From assembly GCA_965215195.1 (NCBI GenBank), contig CBDCDC010000002.1:896001-960000 (forward strand): 64,000 bases of DNA, given 5' to 3'. The notes beneath the pieces are model-generated. The model worked only from the letters and a program-made list of their open reading frames with translations. It was not told where the DNA came from and ran no database searches. The position numbers were made by a program, and so were the translations under genes. This document shows, piece by piece, positions 9,610 through 20,284 of the stretch (position 1 is the first letter of the stretch; every line of letters starts with the position of its first letter). Source of the DNA: Candidatus Latescibacterota bacterium (GTDB taxonomy: Bacteria > Latescibacterota > UBA2968 > UBA8231).

Positions 9610-10745
9610 TGACGTTACGCAGTTTTGAGGGTTTGCATTTCATCGAAGGCCCCTCGAATGGCCTTGAGATAGCGTCGGGCTGGGAGCGCAACGGGATTGC
9701 GTTGATGGTTGATCCGCAGACGCTCTAAGCGACAGGCGGCGTAAAGAGCCATAAATATAGTGGTTCCTTTGCGTGCGCACTCACTGGGTCGGCACCGGGA
9801 CTAAGGCGGCCTAAGACTTGAGCGTGGTATGAAAGCTCTCCACGTTGCCCCGTTGGCACACCTAAAGGTGCGGTGAATCTGGTCGATTGTTTCGAGGGGC
9901 CCCCCGCACAGGTTAGACCGCTGCCGGCCCGATAGAGGAGGCCGGTGCTACCAGCTTGGTGTGTAACGAGTTGGCGGAGCAACAGGACGGGGAAATCCAG
10001 TCCTTTGACCCAGCCTAGCACCGGCTGGTGTTCGGGCAATGCGCAGCCCTCTACGCGGGGGAAAGCCCCTTGGCGTTGGGCTGGAGTGCTCAAGGCCACC
10101 GTCCTATGGGATGTACGGGCGACGACGCAGGGTTGGGGGCGGGTCTTTCGGATGCCGGGTAAGGAATCTTGGGCGGAAAACCAGCGATCGGCCAGCCGAG
10201 AGCGATAGGGTATTGGCTTCGGGTGGCCCCCGCGCCCCATCGCCCACCTCTGTTCATGGTTCGTACCCCAACGGGTGCGCTTGACCCGCCGGGTCTTGAC
10301 CGCACGGAAGCGGATGGGGTTGTGGCTCAACTCATACGTCACCGGCACGCTCACCCCGTCAGCCGGATAGACCCAAGGCAGCCGATGGAAGCCCTTGACC
10401 GAACGGTTTGGACTGTGACCATAGGGCCAACAGATGACGTCATTTTCATTCGTATGCGGCTTTTCTTGGACCGTATCCTCTATACTGAGCACCCCATCGT
10501 CCTATGCGATCGCACGTACCAGCGGCTTGACCTGCTGCCAGAGGGGTGGCCATCAGAGTCGGCGCGAGACAGAAAACCCGTACCCTGACCGGGGCTGACG
10601 GCTCCTTCGACCCGCGCCGATAAGCCCGTCGCGCTGGGCGCACCCAATGAACGGAGCAGAGAATCGCTATATAAGGCTAACCGTTGTTTGTCCATACGAG
10701 GAATGTACGCAGATAACGGACGGTACGTACCTCTATGCGGCGTCT
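9610..10745 (-). mobile_element. Decayed IS701-family insertion sequence (transposase pseudogene ~9615-10695)
   Basis: Frameshifted fragments MDKQRLALYSDSLL..ATGLSA..VS, IEDTVQEKPHTNENDVICW..HS..RSVKG, LADRWFSA and a C-terminal FDEMQTLKTA* overlapping CTGCGTAACGTCA resemble DDE_5/IS701 transposases as I recall them. The right-hand boundary is approximate. Confidence 0.7.
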
Positions 10746-10917
10746 GCCGCTTGCGGCGGGTCGCCCCGTCGCCCGCGCTCCTTTTCGCGCTTCCCCGCGC
10801 CCCCGTTTTCACGGGTGCCGGCTTTTAGGCGCGACAGCCAGCCTAACGGGCGGCTGTGGAGGCCTGCGTGCGCAGGCCGGACCGCCGATAGACCAAACAA
10901 CCTTAAGGCGCGTACCA

Positions 10918-11838
10918 TCAGTTAGTGATGCCATCGAGTGCCAGCCGCCACATGGGCGTACTCATGTACTTGTCGCCGCCATCGCAAAATATCGTCACCA
11001 CCACCCCCGTATCTAGCTGGCGAGCAACTTCCAGCGCGGCCCAATAAGCCCCACCAGAAGACTGGCCGACGAGAATCCCCTGCTCGACCGGCAGACGCAG
11101 TGCAGTATCGTAAGCATCATCGGTATCTATCGGTGTTTTGTAGTCGAGGAGGGTCTCGTCGTAGATGCCCGGGACAATTGAACTCTCCATGTGCTTAAGC
11201 CCCTCAATGCCGTGAAACGGCTCGGCCGGCTCAGCGGCAATGATCTGGATGGCCGGATTGAACTCCCTAAGACCTCGGCCGGTGCCCATCAGCGTACCGC
11301 TAGTGCCGATAGTGGCCACAAAGTGAGTGACGCGGCCTTGGGTCTGCTCCCAGATTTCGGGCGCAGTGGTGTCGCGGTGGGCGTACCAATTCGCGGGATT
11401 GTTGTACTGGTCGGGCTTGAAGTAGCAATCGGGATCGGCTTCGTATATCCGCCGCGCTTCTCGTATGGCCCCGTCGGAAAGCTCCCCCGGGTCAGTGTAC
11501 ACCACTTCGGCACCATAGGCGGCGAGAATGGCCTTGCGCTCGCGGCTGACATTGGCCGGCATGGCCAATTTTACCCGATAGCCCTTGGCTGCACCGATCA
11601 TAGCGTAGGCAATGCCAGTATTTCCAGAAGTGGAATCCAAAATGACCTTGCCCGGCCTTAGCGCTCCGTCCTGCTCGCCATCCTCGAGCATTCTCCGCGC
11701 CGGCCGGTCCTTGACCGACCCCCCGGGGTTGAAGAACTCCAGCTTAGCATAGACTTCCACCCGCGGCGGAATCGCCGGGTCCCTCAACCGCAAAAGCGGC
11801 GTATCACCAATCTGCTCGACAACCGATAGGCCAGTCAC
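10918..11838 (-). CDS. cysM: Cysteine synthase B / CysM-like PLP enzyme
   Basis: KLEFFNPGGSVKDRPA, DSTSGNTGIAYA, IGTSGT, VPGIYD. Confidence 0.8.
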   Translation of the reverse strand: MTGLSVVEQIGDTPLLRLRDPAIPPRVEVYAKLEFFNPGGSVKDRPARRMLEDGEQDGALRPGKVILDSTSGNTGIAYAMIGAAKGYRVKLAMPANVSRERKAILAAYGAEVVYTDPGELSDGAIREARRIYEADPDCYFKPDQYNNPANWYAHRDTTAPEIWEQTQGRVTHFVATIGTSGTLMGTGRGLREFNPAIQIIAAEPAEPFHGIEGLKHMESSIVPGIYDETLLDYKTPIDTDDAYDTALRLPVEQGILVGQSSGGAYWAALEVARQLDTGVVVTIFCDGGDKYMSTPMWRLALDGITN

Positions 11839-11900
11839 AAAAATCTCCCCCTACGATTAAAAGAACCAAAATCCACTATGTCAACCAACCCTGTCTTTTC

Positions 11901-11929
11901 TTGACACCCTCCGAGCTACCTTCTACCTT
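11901..11929 (+). promoter_or_regulatory. Sigma70-type promoter for aspS
   Basis: TTGACA-17 bp-TACCTT upstream of ATG 11975. Confidence 0.55.
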
Positions 11930-11974
11930 ATCTTTTTTTCCGCTTGAAATCCAATTTTATCATTTAGGTAACTT

Positions 11975-13759
11975 ATGGAAGAACCGAGCGAAGGCTTGGG
12001 CCACTGGGAGCGTACGCACGACTGCGGTACTCTCACAGATAAAGATATCGGTCAGCGCGTACTGCTAATGGGCTGGGTCTGGCGCCGCCGCGACCACGGC
12101 GGCGTTATTTTTATAGATCTCCGCGACCGCTACGGCATTACCCAAATCGTCTTCAACCCGCAGCGCGATCCCACCGCCTACCAGCAGGCTAATCGCCTTC
12201 GCAACGAGTACGTCATAGCCGTACAAGGCGAAGTCGAGGCCCGCCCCGAAGGCATGGTCAACCCCCAGTTACCCACCGGGACCATTGAGGTCAACTGCGA
12301 TCAGCTACGCCTTCTCAACCGCTGTCTGACCCCGCCTTTTCTCATCGAAGACCAAACCGATGCCGGCGAGGAAATCCGGCTCAAATATCGCTATTTGGAC
12401 CTTCGGCGGCCCCGTATCCAAGGCAATTTGCTACTCAGGCACCGGGGGTATCAGATCGTGCGCCGCCTGCTCGACGAGTGCGGCTTTATCGAAGTTGAAA
12501 CGCCGTTTCTGACCAAGAGCACTCCCGAAGGCGCCCGAGACTTCCTCGTCCCCAGCCGAGTCCATCCCGGGCAGTTTTTCGCCCTGCCCCAATCGCCGCA
12601 AACCTACAAGCAGCTCTTGATGATCGCGGGCTACGACCGCTACTTCCAGATCGTTAAGTGCTTCCGCGACGAGGATTTGCGCACCGACCGCCAGCCCGAA
12701 TTCACCCAAATCGACATCGAGATGGCCTTCGTGCGCGAGGATCACGTCATGGCCATTGCCGAGGATCTAACCCGCGCCCTCTTCGCTCAGCTACGCCAAA
12801 TTGAGTTACCCAATCCCTTTCCGCGACTTACCTATCGCGAGGCCATGGAGCGCTTCGGCTCCGACAAACCCGACCTGCGCTTTGGTCTAGAACTCAAAGA
12901 TGCAGAGGCAGCAGCGCGCATTTCCCAATTCCAAGTCTTTCATTCCGCTCTGGACAGCGGTGGTCAGGTCAAAGGCATAAACGTCAAGGGCTGTAGTAGG
13001 TTCTCGCGCGGACAAATCGACGATTTAATTGCCTGCGCCCAAGGGCTGGGTGCCAAGGGACTTAGCTGGATCAAACACACCGGCACTGGCCTCGAATCCT
13101 CCATCGTCAAATTCTTTCCCCAAGCAGCCCAAGCCCTGTTGATCGAGGCCCTCGAATCCGCCCCTGGCGATCTGCTGCTCTTCGTCGCCGACCAGCCCAA
13201 GCTGGTTGCCCGAGTACTCGGAGCACTGCGCTTAGAACTCGCCCAGCGCCTCTCACTAGTGCCCGATGACTCTTGGCAGCCCCTCTGGGTCGGCCAATTC
13301 CCGCTTCTAGAGCGCGACGAGGAAGCCGGCCGCTTTACAGCCGTGCATCATCCCTTCACAGCTCCCCTAGAAGAGGATCTACCCTTGCTGGACAGCATCC
13401 CCGCCGACGTCAGGGCGCACGCCTATGACTTAGTCCTCAATGGCAATGAAATTGCCGGGGGCAGTATGCGAATTTTCCAGCGCTCAGTACAAGCCCGCCT
13501 TTTTCAACTCTTAGAACTCAGTGCCGAAGAAGCCGCGGCCAAATTCGGTTTCCTCCTCGAAGCCCTCGATTACGGTGCCCCACCACACGGTGGGATAGCC
13601 TTTGGCTTTGACCGGCTGATCGCCCTGCTCGCCAACGAAGATTCAATCCGCGAAGTCATCGCCTTCCCCAAGACCAATAAGGCCGTGGGCTTGATGGAAA
13701 ACGCCCCTTCTTCCGTCGATTTGGGCCAGTTGCGCGAATTGGGCATTCGCTCTGTCTGA
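11975..13759 (+). CDS. aspS: Aspartate--tRNA ligase
   Basis: RTHDCG, RDHGGVIFIDLRDRYG, PQSPQTYKQLLM, FRDEDLRTDRQPEFTQIDIE, GAPPHGGIAFGFDR. Confidence 0.97.
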   Translation: MEEPSEGLGHWERTHDCGTLTDKDIGQRVLLMGWVWRRRDHGGVIFIDLRDRYGITQIVFNPQRDPTAYQQANRLRNEYVIAVQGEVEARPEGMVNPQLPTGTIEVNCDQLRLLNRCLTPPFLIEDQTDAGEEIRLKYRYLDLRRPRIQGNLLLRHRGYQIVRRLLDECGFIEVETPFLTKSTPEGARDFLVPSRVHPGQFFALPQSPQTYKQLLMIAGYDRYFQIVKCFRDEDLRTDRQPEFTQIDIEMAFVREDHVMAIAEDLTRALFAQLRQIELPNPFPRLTYREAMERFGSDKPDLRFGLELKDAEAAARISQFQVFHSALDSGGQVKGINVKGCSRFSRGQIDDLIACAQGLGAKGLSWIKHTGTGLESSIVKFFPQAAQALLIEALESAPGDLLLFVADQPKLVARVLGALRLELAQRLSLVPDDSWQPLWVGQFPLLERDEEAGRFTAVHHPFTAPLEEDLPLLDSIPADVRAHAYDLVLNGNEIAGGSMRIFQRSVQARLFQLLELSAEEAAAKFGFLLEALDYGAPPHGGIAFGFDRLIALLANEDSIREVIAFPKTNKAVGLMENAPSSVDLGQLRELGIRSV

Positions 13760-13795
13760 AAACTTACAGGCAGGGTAGATTTTCACTTGTTCCGC

Positions 13796-13823
13796 TTGAC
13801 ATCCACTCTAGGTCGCCTATATT
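13796..13823 (+). promoter_or_regulatory. Sigma70-type promoter for the lipoprotein-LysM pair
   Basis: TTGACA-16 bp-TATATT. Confidence 0.5.
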
Positions 13824-13882
13824 TGTGCCCATATCCCGTATATTAATGTAAAATCACTAAAGCTAGGTGGAGGAACTACTTA

Positions 13883-14170
13883 ATGAGCTGTCTTTCCACT
13901 TTGTCCAGTTTGAGATACTTAGGCGTTGCCTTGTCGGTAGTGGCTTTGTCTCTCGTCGCTAGCTGTTCGCGTGTTCCGTCGCAGGAGGACATGGAATACC
14001 TAGAACAACAGCGGCAAGCTACTCTGGCCGCCGAAGTGCAAGTAACCGAGCTACAGGCCGAAAAAGCACAGCTTGAGCGCGAACTCGCCGAGCGGCAAGT
14101 TACCAAAAAAGCATTAGAAGACAAACTAGCCGCTACCAAGAACAACCTCGCCAACCAAACTGGTAAATGA
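13883..14170 (+). CDS. Coiled-coil lipoprotein
   Basis: Hydrophobic signal with lipobox LVASC, followed by a heptad-rich helix. Confidence 0.7.
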   Translation: MSCLSTLSSLRYLGVALSVVALSLVASCSRVPSQEDMEYLEQQRQATLAAEVQVTELQAEKAQLERELAERQVTKKALEDKLAATKNNLANQTGK

Positions 14171-14184
14171 GAAAGGGTTCGACC

Positions 14185-15012
14185 ATGAAGAAGTTGTCCG
14201 TTGGTGGGTTGGCTTTAGCACTGCTAGTCCTAGCGAGCAAAAACACCTCTGCTCAAGAGCAGATGACCTGTGAGGAGTACATGGCTCTGGGGAACGAGCT
14301 CGTCAACCGCGAGGCTGCGGCCAACACCCAGATCGAAGAGCTAAACGCCCAGATTGAAGCGCTTAAGATGCAGATTGCCCAGCTTGACCGGGCCAATGTC
14401 GACCTCAATACCCAGATCCTTACGACAGTGGGCCACTCCGAATCCGAAATTGCGGCCTTTGGGCGCGAGCTCGACGCTATTACCGCCCAACTCGAAGGCC
14501 TGATGGCACTAGCTCCAGAAGTACTCATTATGCGGCGCGGTGAAGTCGCGGCCATCGACTCCCGAGTCGCCGAGCTCAAGCAGAGTAACATGGCCGCCTT
14601 GCCCGAAATGGTGGACAAGCTATCTACCATCGACCAGATGCTCGCCGATCTCAAAGCGCGCATAGCCCAACCCGTGGTCATTGACTATAAGGTCGTGCGG
14701 GGCGACAACTTGTGGAACATCTCCAAAAAAGAACAAATCTACGACGATCCCTATATGTGGCCCCGCATCTACCGGAAGAACAAGGATCAAATCAAAGACC
14801 CGGATTTAATCTACCCCAAACAAATCTTGGCCGTGCCATTCGGGGTAGCTGAAAATCAGTATTTGGTCACCCGAGGAGACTTCCTCTTCAAAATTGCCGC
14901 CGAGCTTTACAACAATGCCGGCAAATGGCATAAAATCTACGAGGCCAACAAGCAGCAAATCGTCGCGCCAGATTTGATTTTTCCTGCTCAAGTCCTCGAA
15001 ATTCCCCAGTAA
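14185..15012 (+). CDS. Secreted coiled-coil protein with two LysM peptidoglycan-binding domains
   Basis: Signal peptide; YKVVRGDNLWNISK...IYRKN..PDLIYPKQIL and YLVTRGDFLFKIA...IYEAN...PDLIFPAQVLEIP. Confidence 0.88.
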   Translation: MKKLSVGGLALALLVLASKNTSAQEQMTCEEYMALGNELVNREAAANTQIEELNAQIEALKMQIAQLDRANVDLNTQILTTVGHSESEIAAFGRELDAITAQLEGLMALAPEVLIMRRGEVAAIDSRVAELKQSNMAALPEMVDKLSTIDQMLADLKARIAQPVVIDYKVVRGDNLWNISKKEQIYDDPYMWPRIYRKNKDQIKDPDLIYPKQILAVPFGVAENQYLVTRGDFLFKIAAELYNNAGKWHKIYEANKQQIVAPDLIFPAQVLEIPQ

Positions 15013-15049
15013 TTAACAACTACTTGATTTAAGTAAATTTCAAGACATA

Positions 15050-15100
15050 AAGGGGTTTGATCCTTCCCGGGCGTAGGGGAGGGATTTCAAACCCCTTTTT
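15050..15100 (+). terminator. Long hairpin / Rho-independent terminator
   Basis: AAGGGGTTTGA...TCAAACCCCTT followed by a T-run. Confidence 0.6.
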
Positions 15101-15125
15101 GTATTTTTGTCCAGCTACCAAGGCT

Positions 15126-16082
15126 ATGAAGGACATTTCCATCGCCGGCGTTGATCGCCGCTCCCTCTTCGGGCGCAACGATCAAAACTTGGCTCACCTC
15201 GAAAAGAGATACGGCATTCGCCTAGTCGCCCGCGGCGACAAGCTCACGCTTAAGGGGTCCGATGCCTCGGTGCGCGAGGCCGATGGCTTCCTCAGTCCCC
15301 TCATAAAACGCATGCGCCACGGCCCGCCCCTCGAAGCAGCCGAGTTAGAGAACTTGATTCACTGTAGTCTGACCCCACCCAAGGGAGACCGCAGCACCCT
15401 TCCAAATCCCGTAGCCCATACCTATAAGACGGCCATCTACGCCCGCACCGAGGGCCAAGCGAAATATCTTGCAGCCATCGACAACAACGACGTGGTCTTC
15501 GGCATCGGCCCAGCGGGCACCGGCAAGACGTACCTAGCGGTGGCCATGGCCGTTGCCGCGCTGCGGCAGAAGCAAATCTCGCGTATCCTGCTCGCCCGGC
15601 CCGCGGTCGAAGCCGGGGAGAAACTCGGGTTCTTGCCTGGCTCTTTTGAAGACAAGGTTGACCCCTACTTGCGCCCGCTCTACGACGCGCTACAAGATCT
15701 CATGGAGCCCGAGCGACTGCGGCGGATGCAGGACATGAAAATTGTCGAAGTCGTGCCGCTGGCCTACATGCGCGGCCGCACCCTCAACGATTCGTTTATT
15801 ATTCTCGACGAAGCCCAAAATACTACGCCACAGCAGATGAAGATGTTTCTCACCCGGCTGGGCAGCCACTCAAAAGCCGTAGTTACCGGCGATGTTACTC
15901 AGACCGACCTCAGTGATGACCAGCCCTCGGGCTTGGTTGTCGCGCCCAAAATTCTGACCGGGATCGCCGGTTTGGCCTTTGTTCGGCTCAACGAACGGGA
16001 TGTGGTGCGCAACCCACTCGTGCAGAAGATCATCAAAGCCTACGACAGCTATGAGGAAGCCCACGCCTCAGCCGATCCATGA
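15126..16082 (+). CDS. phoH: PhoH-family ATPase
   Basis: [54 protein letters not shown]. Confidence 0.93.
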   Translation: MKDISIAGVDRRSLFGRNDQNLAHLEKRYGIRLVARGDKLTLKGSDASVREADGFLSPLIKRMRHGPPLEAAELENLIHCSLTPPKGDRSTLPNPVAHTYKTAIYARTEGQAKYLAAIDNNDVVFGIGPAGTGKTYLAVAMAVAALRQKQISRILLARPAVEAGEKLGFLPGSFEDKVDPYLRPLYDALQDLMEPERLRRMQDMKIVEVVPLAYMRGRTLNDSFIILDEAQNTTPQQMKMFLTRLGSHSKAVVTGDVTQTDLSDDQPSGLVVAPKILTGIAGLAFVRLNERDVVRNPLVQKIIKAYDSYEEAHASADP

Positions 16083-18319
16083 ACGCGCTTAAATTAAAGT
16101 GGTTTGGCTCCAAACGCCGCAGCAATCAGCCCAAACCTTGGCACCCGCATAGTTCGTGGGTGTTCCGCATCGCTTTGGCGGGCCTAGTCATCGGCTTGCT
16201 CACCTACCTATCGCCCTACCAGCGTCCCTACAATGTCGCCCAGCTACGAGTCGGCAGCATCGCCCAAGAGCGCATCGAGGCTCCTTTTCTCTTTCACGTG
16301 CCCAAGAGCGATGCCGAATTGGAGCGCCAACGCCAAGCAGCGACCACCGAGATACCCACTATTTTACACCGCGATCCCTTAATTCAAGAGCGGCAGCTAG
16401 CGCAGCTAGACTCGGTCTTTGCGGTGATGATCCCAAATATCCGGGTTCAGCTAGCCGACTCGCTCAAGCAACGCGCCCTCCAACGCGCCCTCCCTCAAGT
16501 TGTTGGTTCGCTCTCGCTTGATGCCCTTTCGACCCTCATCGCCATCCTCTCCGCGGCCAGCGAACCTTATGTGCATGACTTCCAAGCCATCTGTCGGCAG
16601 ATTCTGGCCAATTACTATACCGCGGGCATCATTGTCTCCAAACAACCGATCCTCCTAAGCCCCTCAGACCAAGTCCGCCTCGGAGACCGGGAACAGCACA
16701 TAGAAACCCTCTATAGCGAAGAAAAGCTCAAACAAGGCGAATTGATCTCGCGCATCCAAACGTATCACACGATCGCCGACCGCGACGCCGTCCAAGCGGT
16801 ACACGAACTCCTAAGCCTCTTTGTGGTCCCCAATCTGACTATTGACGAGCCGGAAACCGCCCGCCTCAGGAACGCGGCGCGGCGCGGCGTGGCCAGTATC
16901 AAGCGGATCTATGCCCAAGATGACCTCATCGTCGACAAACACGCCACAGTCACCGAAGAGCACATCGACGCACTTGACGCACTAGCCGCCCGCATCGCCC
17001 AAGAGCAATCCCAACATCCGATCAAACGCCTGATCCAAGTGGCTGCGGCCGCGACGATCTCCGGCCTCCTGATCTTCGTCTTCGGCTACTTCCTCGCCAC
17101 GCACGAACGCGCTGTTTTTGACCAGCTCGGCCAGCTCGGTCTCTTAGCCATCCTGATCGTTGCCATAGCCGCCGCGGCCTCCTATATCAAAACGCACGAC
17201 CTCCCCCCCTACTGGGTGCCGATCCCCCTCGCTGCTATGTTGGCGACAATCCTGTTGACGCCACAAATTGGCTTGGTGCTCTCGTTTGTGCTCGCGCTCT
17301 TTGTCGGCAACCTCTTCGCCGACTTCTACGTGGCCATAATCTGCGCCCTAACAGCGGCTATAGCCGTCTATGCGGTGCGGCACGTGCGCCACCGCAATCA
17401 GTTCTACCGCCCCATGATCTTTCTGCCGATCTCTTATGCGCTGCTCATCGCGGCGGCAGACCTGTTGCGCTTCTTTCCGGTCGAACAGATATACGCTCAC
17501 ATCCTACCCGGCATCGTCATCGGCGCAGCCGCCCCCATTCTCACGATTGGCCTGCTACCGATCTTTGAAAGCCTCTTTCACATTACCACGGACATCACCC
17601 TGCTGGAGTTGTCGGATCCCAACCGGACCTTGCTCCGCCAATTGGCCATCCGAGCCCCGGGGACCTATACCCACAGTCTAATTATGGCCAATCTCTCCGA
17701 GAGCGCCGCCGAGGCCATTGCCGCCAACCCGCTCTTGGCCCGCGTTGGCTGTTATTACCACGACATCGGCAAGGTGAGCAAACCAGAATACTTCAGCGAA
17801 AATCAGGGATTGCAAGGCGGGCGCAACCCCCACGATCATCTGATGCCCTACTTGAGTATGCTCATCATCGCCTCGCACATCCGCGAGGGGCTCGAGCTGG
17901 CCGAGGAACACGGTCTCCCCCAATCTATCTGCGACCTGATCGCCCAGCACCACGGCACCACCGTCATCGAGTACTTTTACGAACGCGCTGTGGAATTGGG
18001 CGACCAGAGTGTGCGCGAGGAAGATTTCAGGTACAACGGTCCCAAGCCCCAGACCCAAGAAGCCGGCATCCTGATGTTGGCCGACTCGGTCGAAGCGGCG
18101 GCCCGCACCCTCGCCGAGCGCACGCCCAGCCGGATGCGCCAGTTAGTACACAAAATTATCCAGCAGAAATTCACCGCTGGCGAACTCGACGAGTGCGCTC
18201 TGACCCTGCGGGATTTGCTCAAAATAGAGGACAGCTTCATCCGCGTGCTGATGGGCGTCCTACACAGCCGGATGGAGTACCCTTGGCAGAAGGCCAATCG
18301 CAAATGGAGCACTGTCTAG
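16079..18319 (+). CDS. 7TM-HD (HDIG) membrane phosphohydrolase, PgpH-like
   Basis: Extracellular domain, about 7 TM helices, APGTYTHS..YYHDIGK..QHHGT..LADSVEAA; phoH-HD-ybeY context. Confidence 0.9.
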   Translation: MNALKLKWFGSKRRSNQPKPWHPHSSWVFRIALAGLVIGLLTYLSPYQRPYNVAQLRVGSIAQERIEAPFLFHVPKSDAELERQRQAATTEIPTILHRDPLIQERQLAQLDSVFAVMIPNIRVQLADSLKQRALQRALPQVVGSLSLDALSTLIAILSAASEPYVHDFQAICRQILANYYTAGIIVSKQPILLSPSDQVRLGDREQHIETLYSEEKLKQGELISRIQTYHTIADRDAVQAVHELLSLFVVPNLTIDEPETARLRNAARRGVASIKRIYAQDDLIVDKHATVTEEHIDALDALAARIAQEQSQHPIKRLIQVAAAATISGLLIFVFGYFLATHERAVFDQLGQLGLLAILIVAIAAAASYIKTHDLPPYWVPIPLAAMLATILLTPQIGLVLSFVLALFVGNLFADFYVAIICALTAAIAVYAVRHVRHRNQFYRPMIFLPISYALLIAAADLLRFFPVEQIYAHILPGIVIGAAAPILTIGLLPIFESLFHITTDITLLELSDPNRTLLRQLAIRAPGTYTHSLIMANLSESAAEAIAANPLLARVGCYYHDIGKVSKPEYFSENQGLQGGRNPHDHLMPYLSMLIIASHIREGLELAEEHGLPQSICDLIAQHHGTTVIEYFYERAVELGDQSVREEDFRYNGPKPQTQEAGILMLADSVEAAARTLAERTPSRMRQLVHKIIQQKFTAGELDECALTLRDLLKIEDSFIRVLMGVLHSRMEYPWQKANRKWSTV

Positions 18320-18750
18320 ATAGGCCCCTTCACATAGTCCAAGACGCAGGCCTCGCCCCCCTGCCGGCAGACGCGCTCGCAGCTCTGCACCTCATCGCCG
18401 CGCAGGTCGCCTGCGTCCACGCGCTGCCGGGCGCAGTCCAGCTAGTCCTCATCGACGATGGCTACATGAGCGACCTCAACACCACCTATCGCAGCAAGGA
18501 GGGCACGACGGACGTCTTGTCTTTCGACTTGGGGACCATACCTGGTCAGGACCGCAGCGGCGAAGTGTACATTTCTCTACCTCAAGCACAGCGGCAAGCC
18601 GCCGCGCTCAGCGTCCCTCCCCTAGTAGAGCTAGCCCGCCTGTTGGTACACGGCCTACTTCACCTAGCGGGCTGGGTACACGACACACCAGAGCAACTAG
18701 CCGCTATGGAACGCGAAACAGACCATTTTCTTACCACAGCCTCCCTCTAA
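18304..18750 (+). CDS. ybeY: rRNA maturation endoribonuclease YbeY
   Basis: LNTTYRSKEGTTDVLSF...HGLLHLAGWVH zinc motif; probable ATG at 18304. Confidence 0.88.
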   Translation: MEHCLDRPLHIVQDAGLAPLPADALAALHLIAAQVACVHALPGAVQLVLIDDGYMSDLNTTYRSKEGTTDVLSFDLGTIPGQDRSGEVYISLPQAQRQAAALSVPPLVELARLLVHGLLHLAGWVHDTPEQLAAMERETDHFLTTASL

Positions 18751-18788
18751 GTGGCCTTGGCCGGCCGCATCACCTGAAAGGAGCCTTT

Positions 18789-20117
18789 TTGGAACCCCCG
18801 CCCGTTGACTTATCCTCGGCCGCGTACGCTGCACTGGTCAGCGCGATCAGCCTCCTCTGGCTCTTCTTGGTAGCCAGCTATGAGACTACCTTCGCCATTC
18901 TCTCCAAATCCGTGCTGGAGAAAATGGCCGAAAGCGGCGTATCGCATGCGCGCGCCATGCTTCGCATCTATGAGTCGCGCCTGCGCCTGCGCTTGATGAC
19001 TCGCCTCGGCGAGACCATCGGCGTCACAGTCCTTGCTTTCTCCCTGTTCTTTTTCGCGAATGCCCTTCTATTACCGTACGCCCTTCCGAGCTATATCCCT
19101 GCGGCCGTAGCCTTGTTGGGTGCGCTAGGGCTTTTCATGGTCGTGGCGACGCCCCGCCGCATTCGCTTTGACGAAGAGGGCGACGAAGCGCGCATACCCG
19201 TCGTCGCCTTGGCCTATGCGCCGGTACACGCACTGCTCCTCCCCTTGACCAATCTCCTCGAACTCCTCAGCAGCTTTGATTACAGCGACGAGGACTTTCG
19301 CGCCGAAAAGGAAGAGGAACTGCGCAGTATCGTCGAGTCAGAAGGCGAGTCTGGCGTCCTAGAAGAAGGTGAGCGCGAGATGATCGAGAGCGTCTTTGGC
19401 TTCCACGACCGAATTGTCCGCGAAGTCATGGTCCCTCGCGTCGACATGGTCGCCATCGACCAATCGGCCTCCCTGCAAGACCTGCTCGATCTTATTAGGG
19501 ACAAGGGCCACTCGCGCCTACCCATCTACCGTGAAAGCCTCGACCACATTCAAGGGCTAGTGTACGCCAAAGATCTGCTGCAGATCTTGGTGTCCCGGCC
19601 CGAAGTTGATCTAGCGACGCCCATAGACCAACTACTGACCAGCCAGCAAGAGGGCGATCTGCGTTTTACCCACGAGCCTTACTACATCCCCGAGACCAAG
19701 AAAATCGACGTCCTGCTCAACGACCTGAGAGCCAACAAAATTCGCCTCGCCATCGTCCTCGACGAATACGGCGGCACGGCTGGCTTGGTCACCACCGAGG
19801 ACCTCGTCGAGGAAATCGTCGGGGAGATCCAAGACGAGTACGACGAGGAAGAGGCATTGCATCACTGGCAGGTCCCCGGCGAGGTCCTCATCGCCAATGC
19901 CCGCATCGACATAGACGATCTCAACGAGTTGCTTTCCACCGACTTGCCGAGGGCGGGCTTTGAAACCCTCGGGGGATTTATCTACGACCACTTGGGAAGC
20001 ATCCCCGCGGAGGGCTTAGTTTTCACGGTCAATCATCTAGAGCTCGACATCCTCAAGGTGGAGGGCCAGCGCATCGCCCAAGTCAAACTCCGGCGCTTGA
20101 CACCCGTCGCCGATTGA
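18789..20117 (+). CDS. Hemolysin/CorC family protein (DUF21-CBS-CorC)
   Basis: N-terminal TMs, VREVMVPRVDM, HSRLPIY, LDEYGGTAGLVTTEDLVEEIVGEIQDEYD. Confidence 0.9.
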   Translation: MEPPPVDLSSAAYAALVSAISLLWLFLVASYETTFAILSKSVLEKMAESGVSHARAMLRIYESRLRLRLMTRLGETIGVTVLAFSLFFFANALLLPYALPSYIPAAVALLGALGLFMVVATPRRIRFDEEGDEARIPVVALAYAPVHALLLPLTNLLELLSSFDYSDEDFRAEKEEELRSIVESEGESGVLEEGEREMIESVFGFHDRIVREVMVPRVDMVAIDQSASLQDLLDLIRDKGHSRLPIYRESLDHIQGLVYAKDLLQILVSRPEVDLATPIDQLLTSQQEGDLRFTHEPYYIPETKKIDVLLNDLRANKIRLAIVLDEYGGTAGLVTTEDLVEEIVGEIQDEYDEEEALHHWQVPGEVLIANARIDIDDLNELLSTDLPRAGFETLGGFIYDHLGSIPAEGLVFTVNHLELDILKVEGQRIAQVKLRRLTPVAD

Positions 20118-20168
20118 GAGGGTTGCGCCCGCCTGCCCCATCCTTTACATTAATTATAAATAGCTTGT

Positions 20169-20245
<77 letters not shown>

Positions 20246-20249
20246 CCTT

Positions 20250-20282
20250 TCAGGGAGTCGCTCGCGGCTCCCTGATTTTTTT
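20250..20282 (+). terminator. Rho-independent terminator after the tRNA
   Basis: TCAGGGAG..CTCCCTGA followed by a T-run. Confidence 0.75.
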
Positions 20283-20284
20283 CT

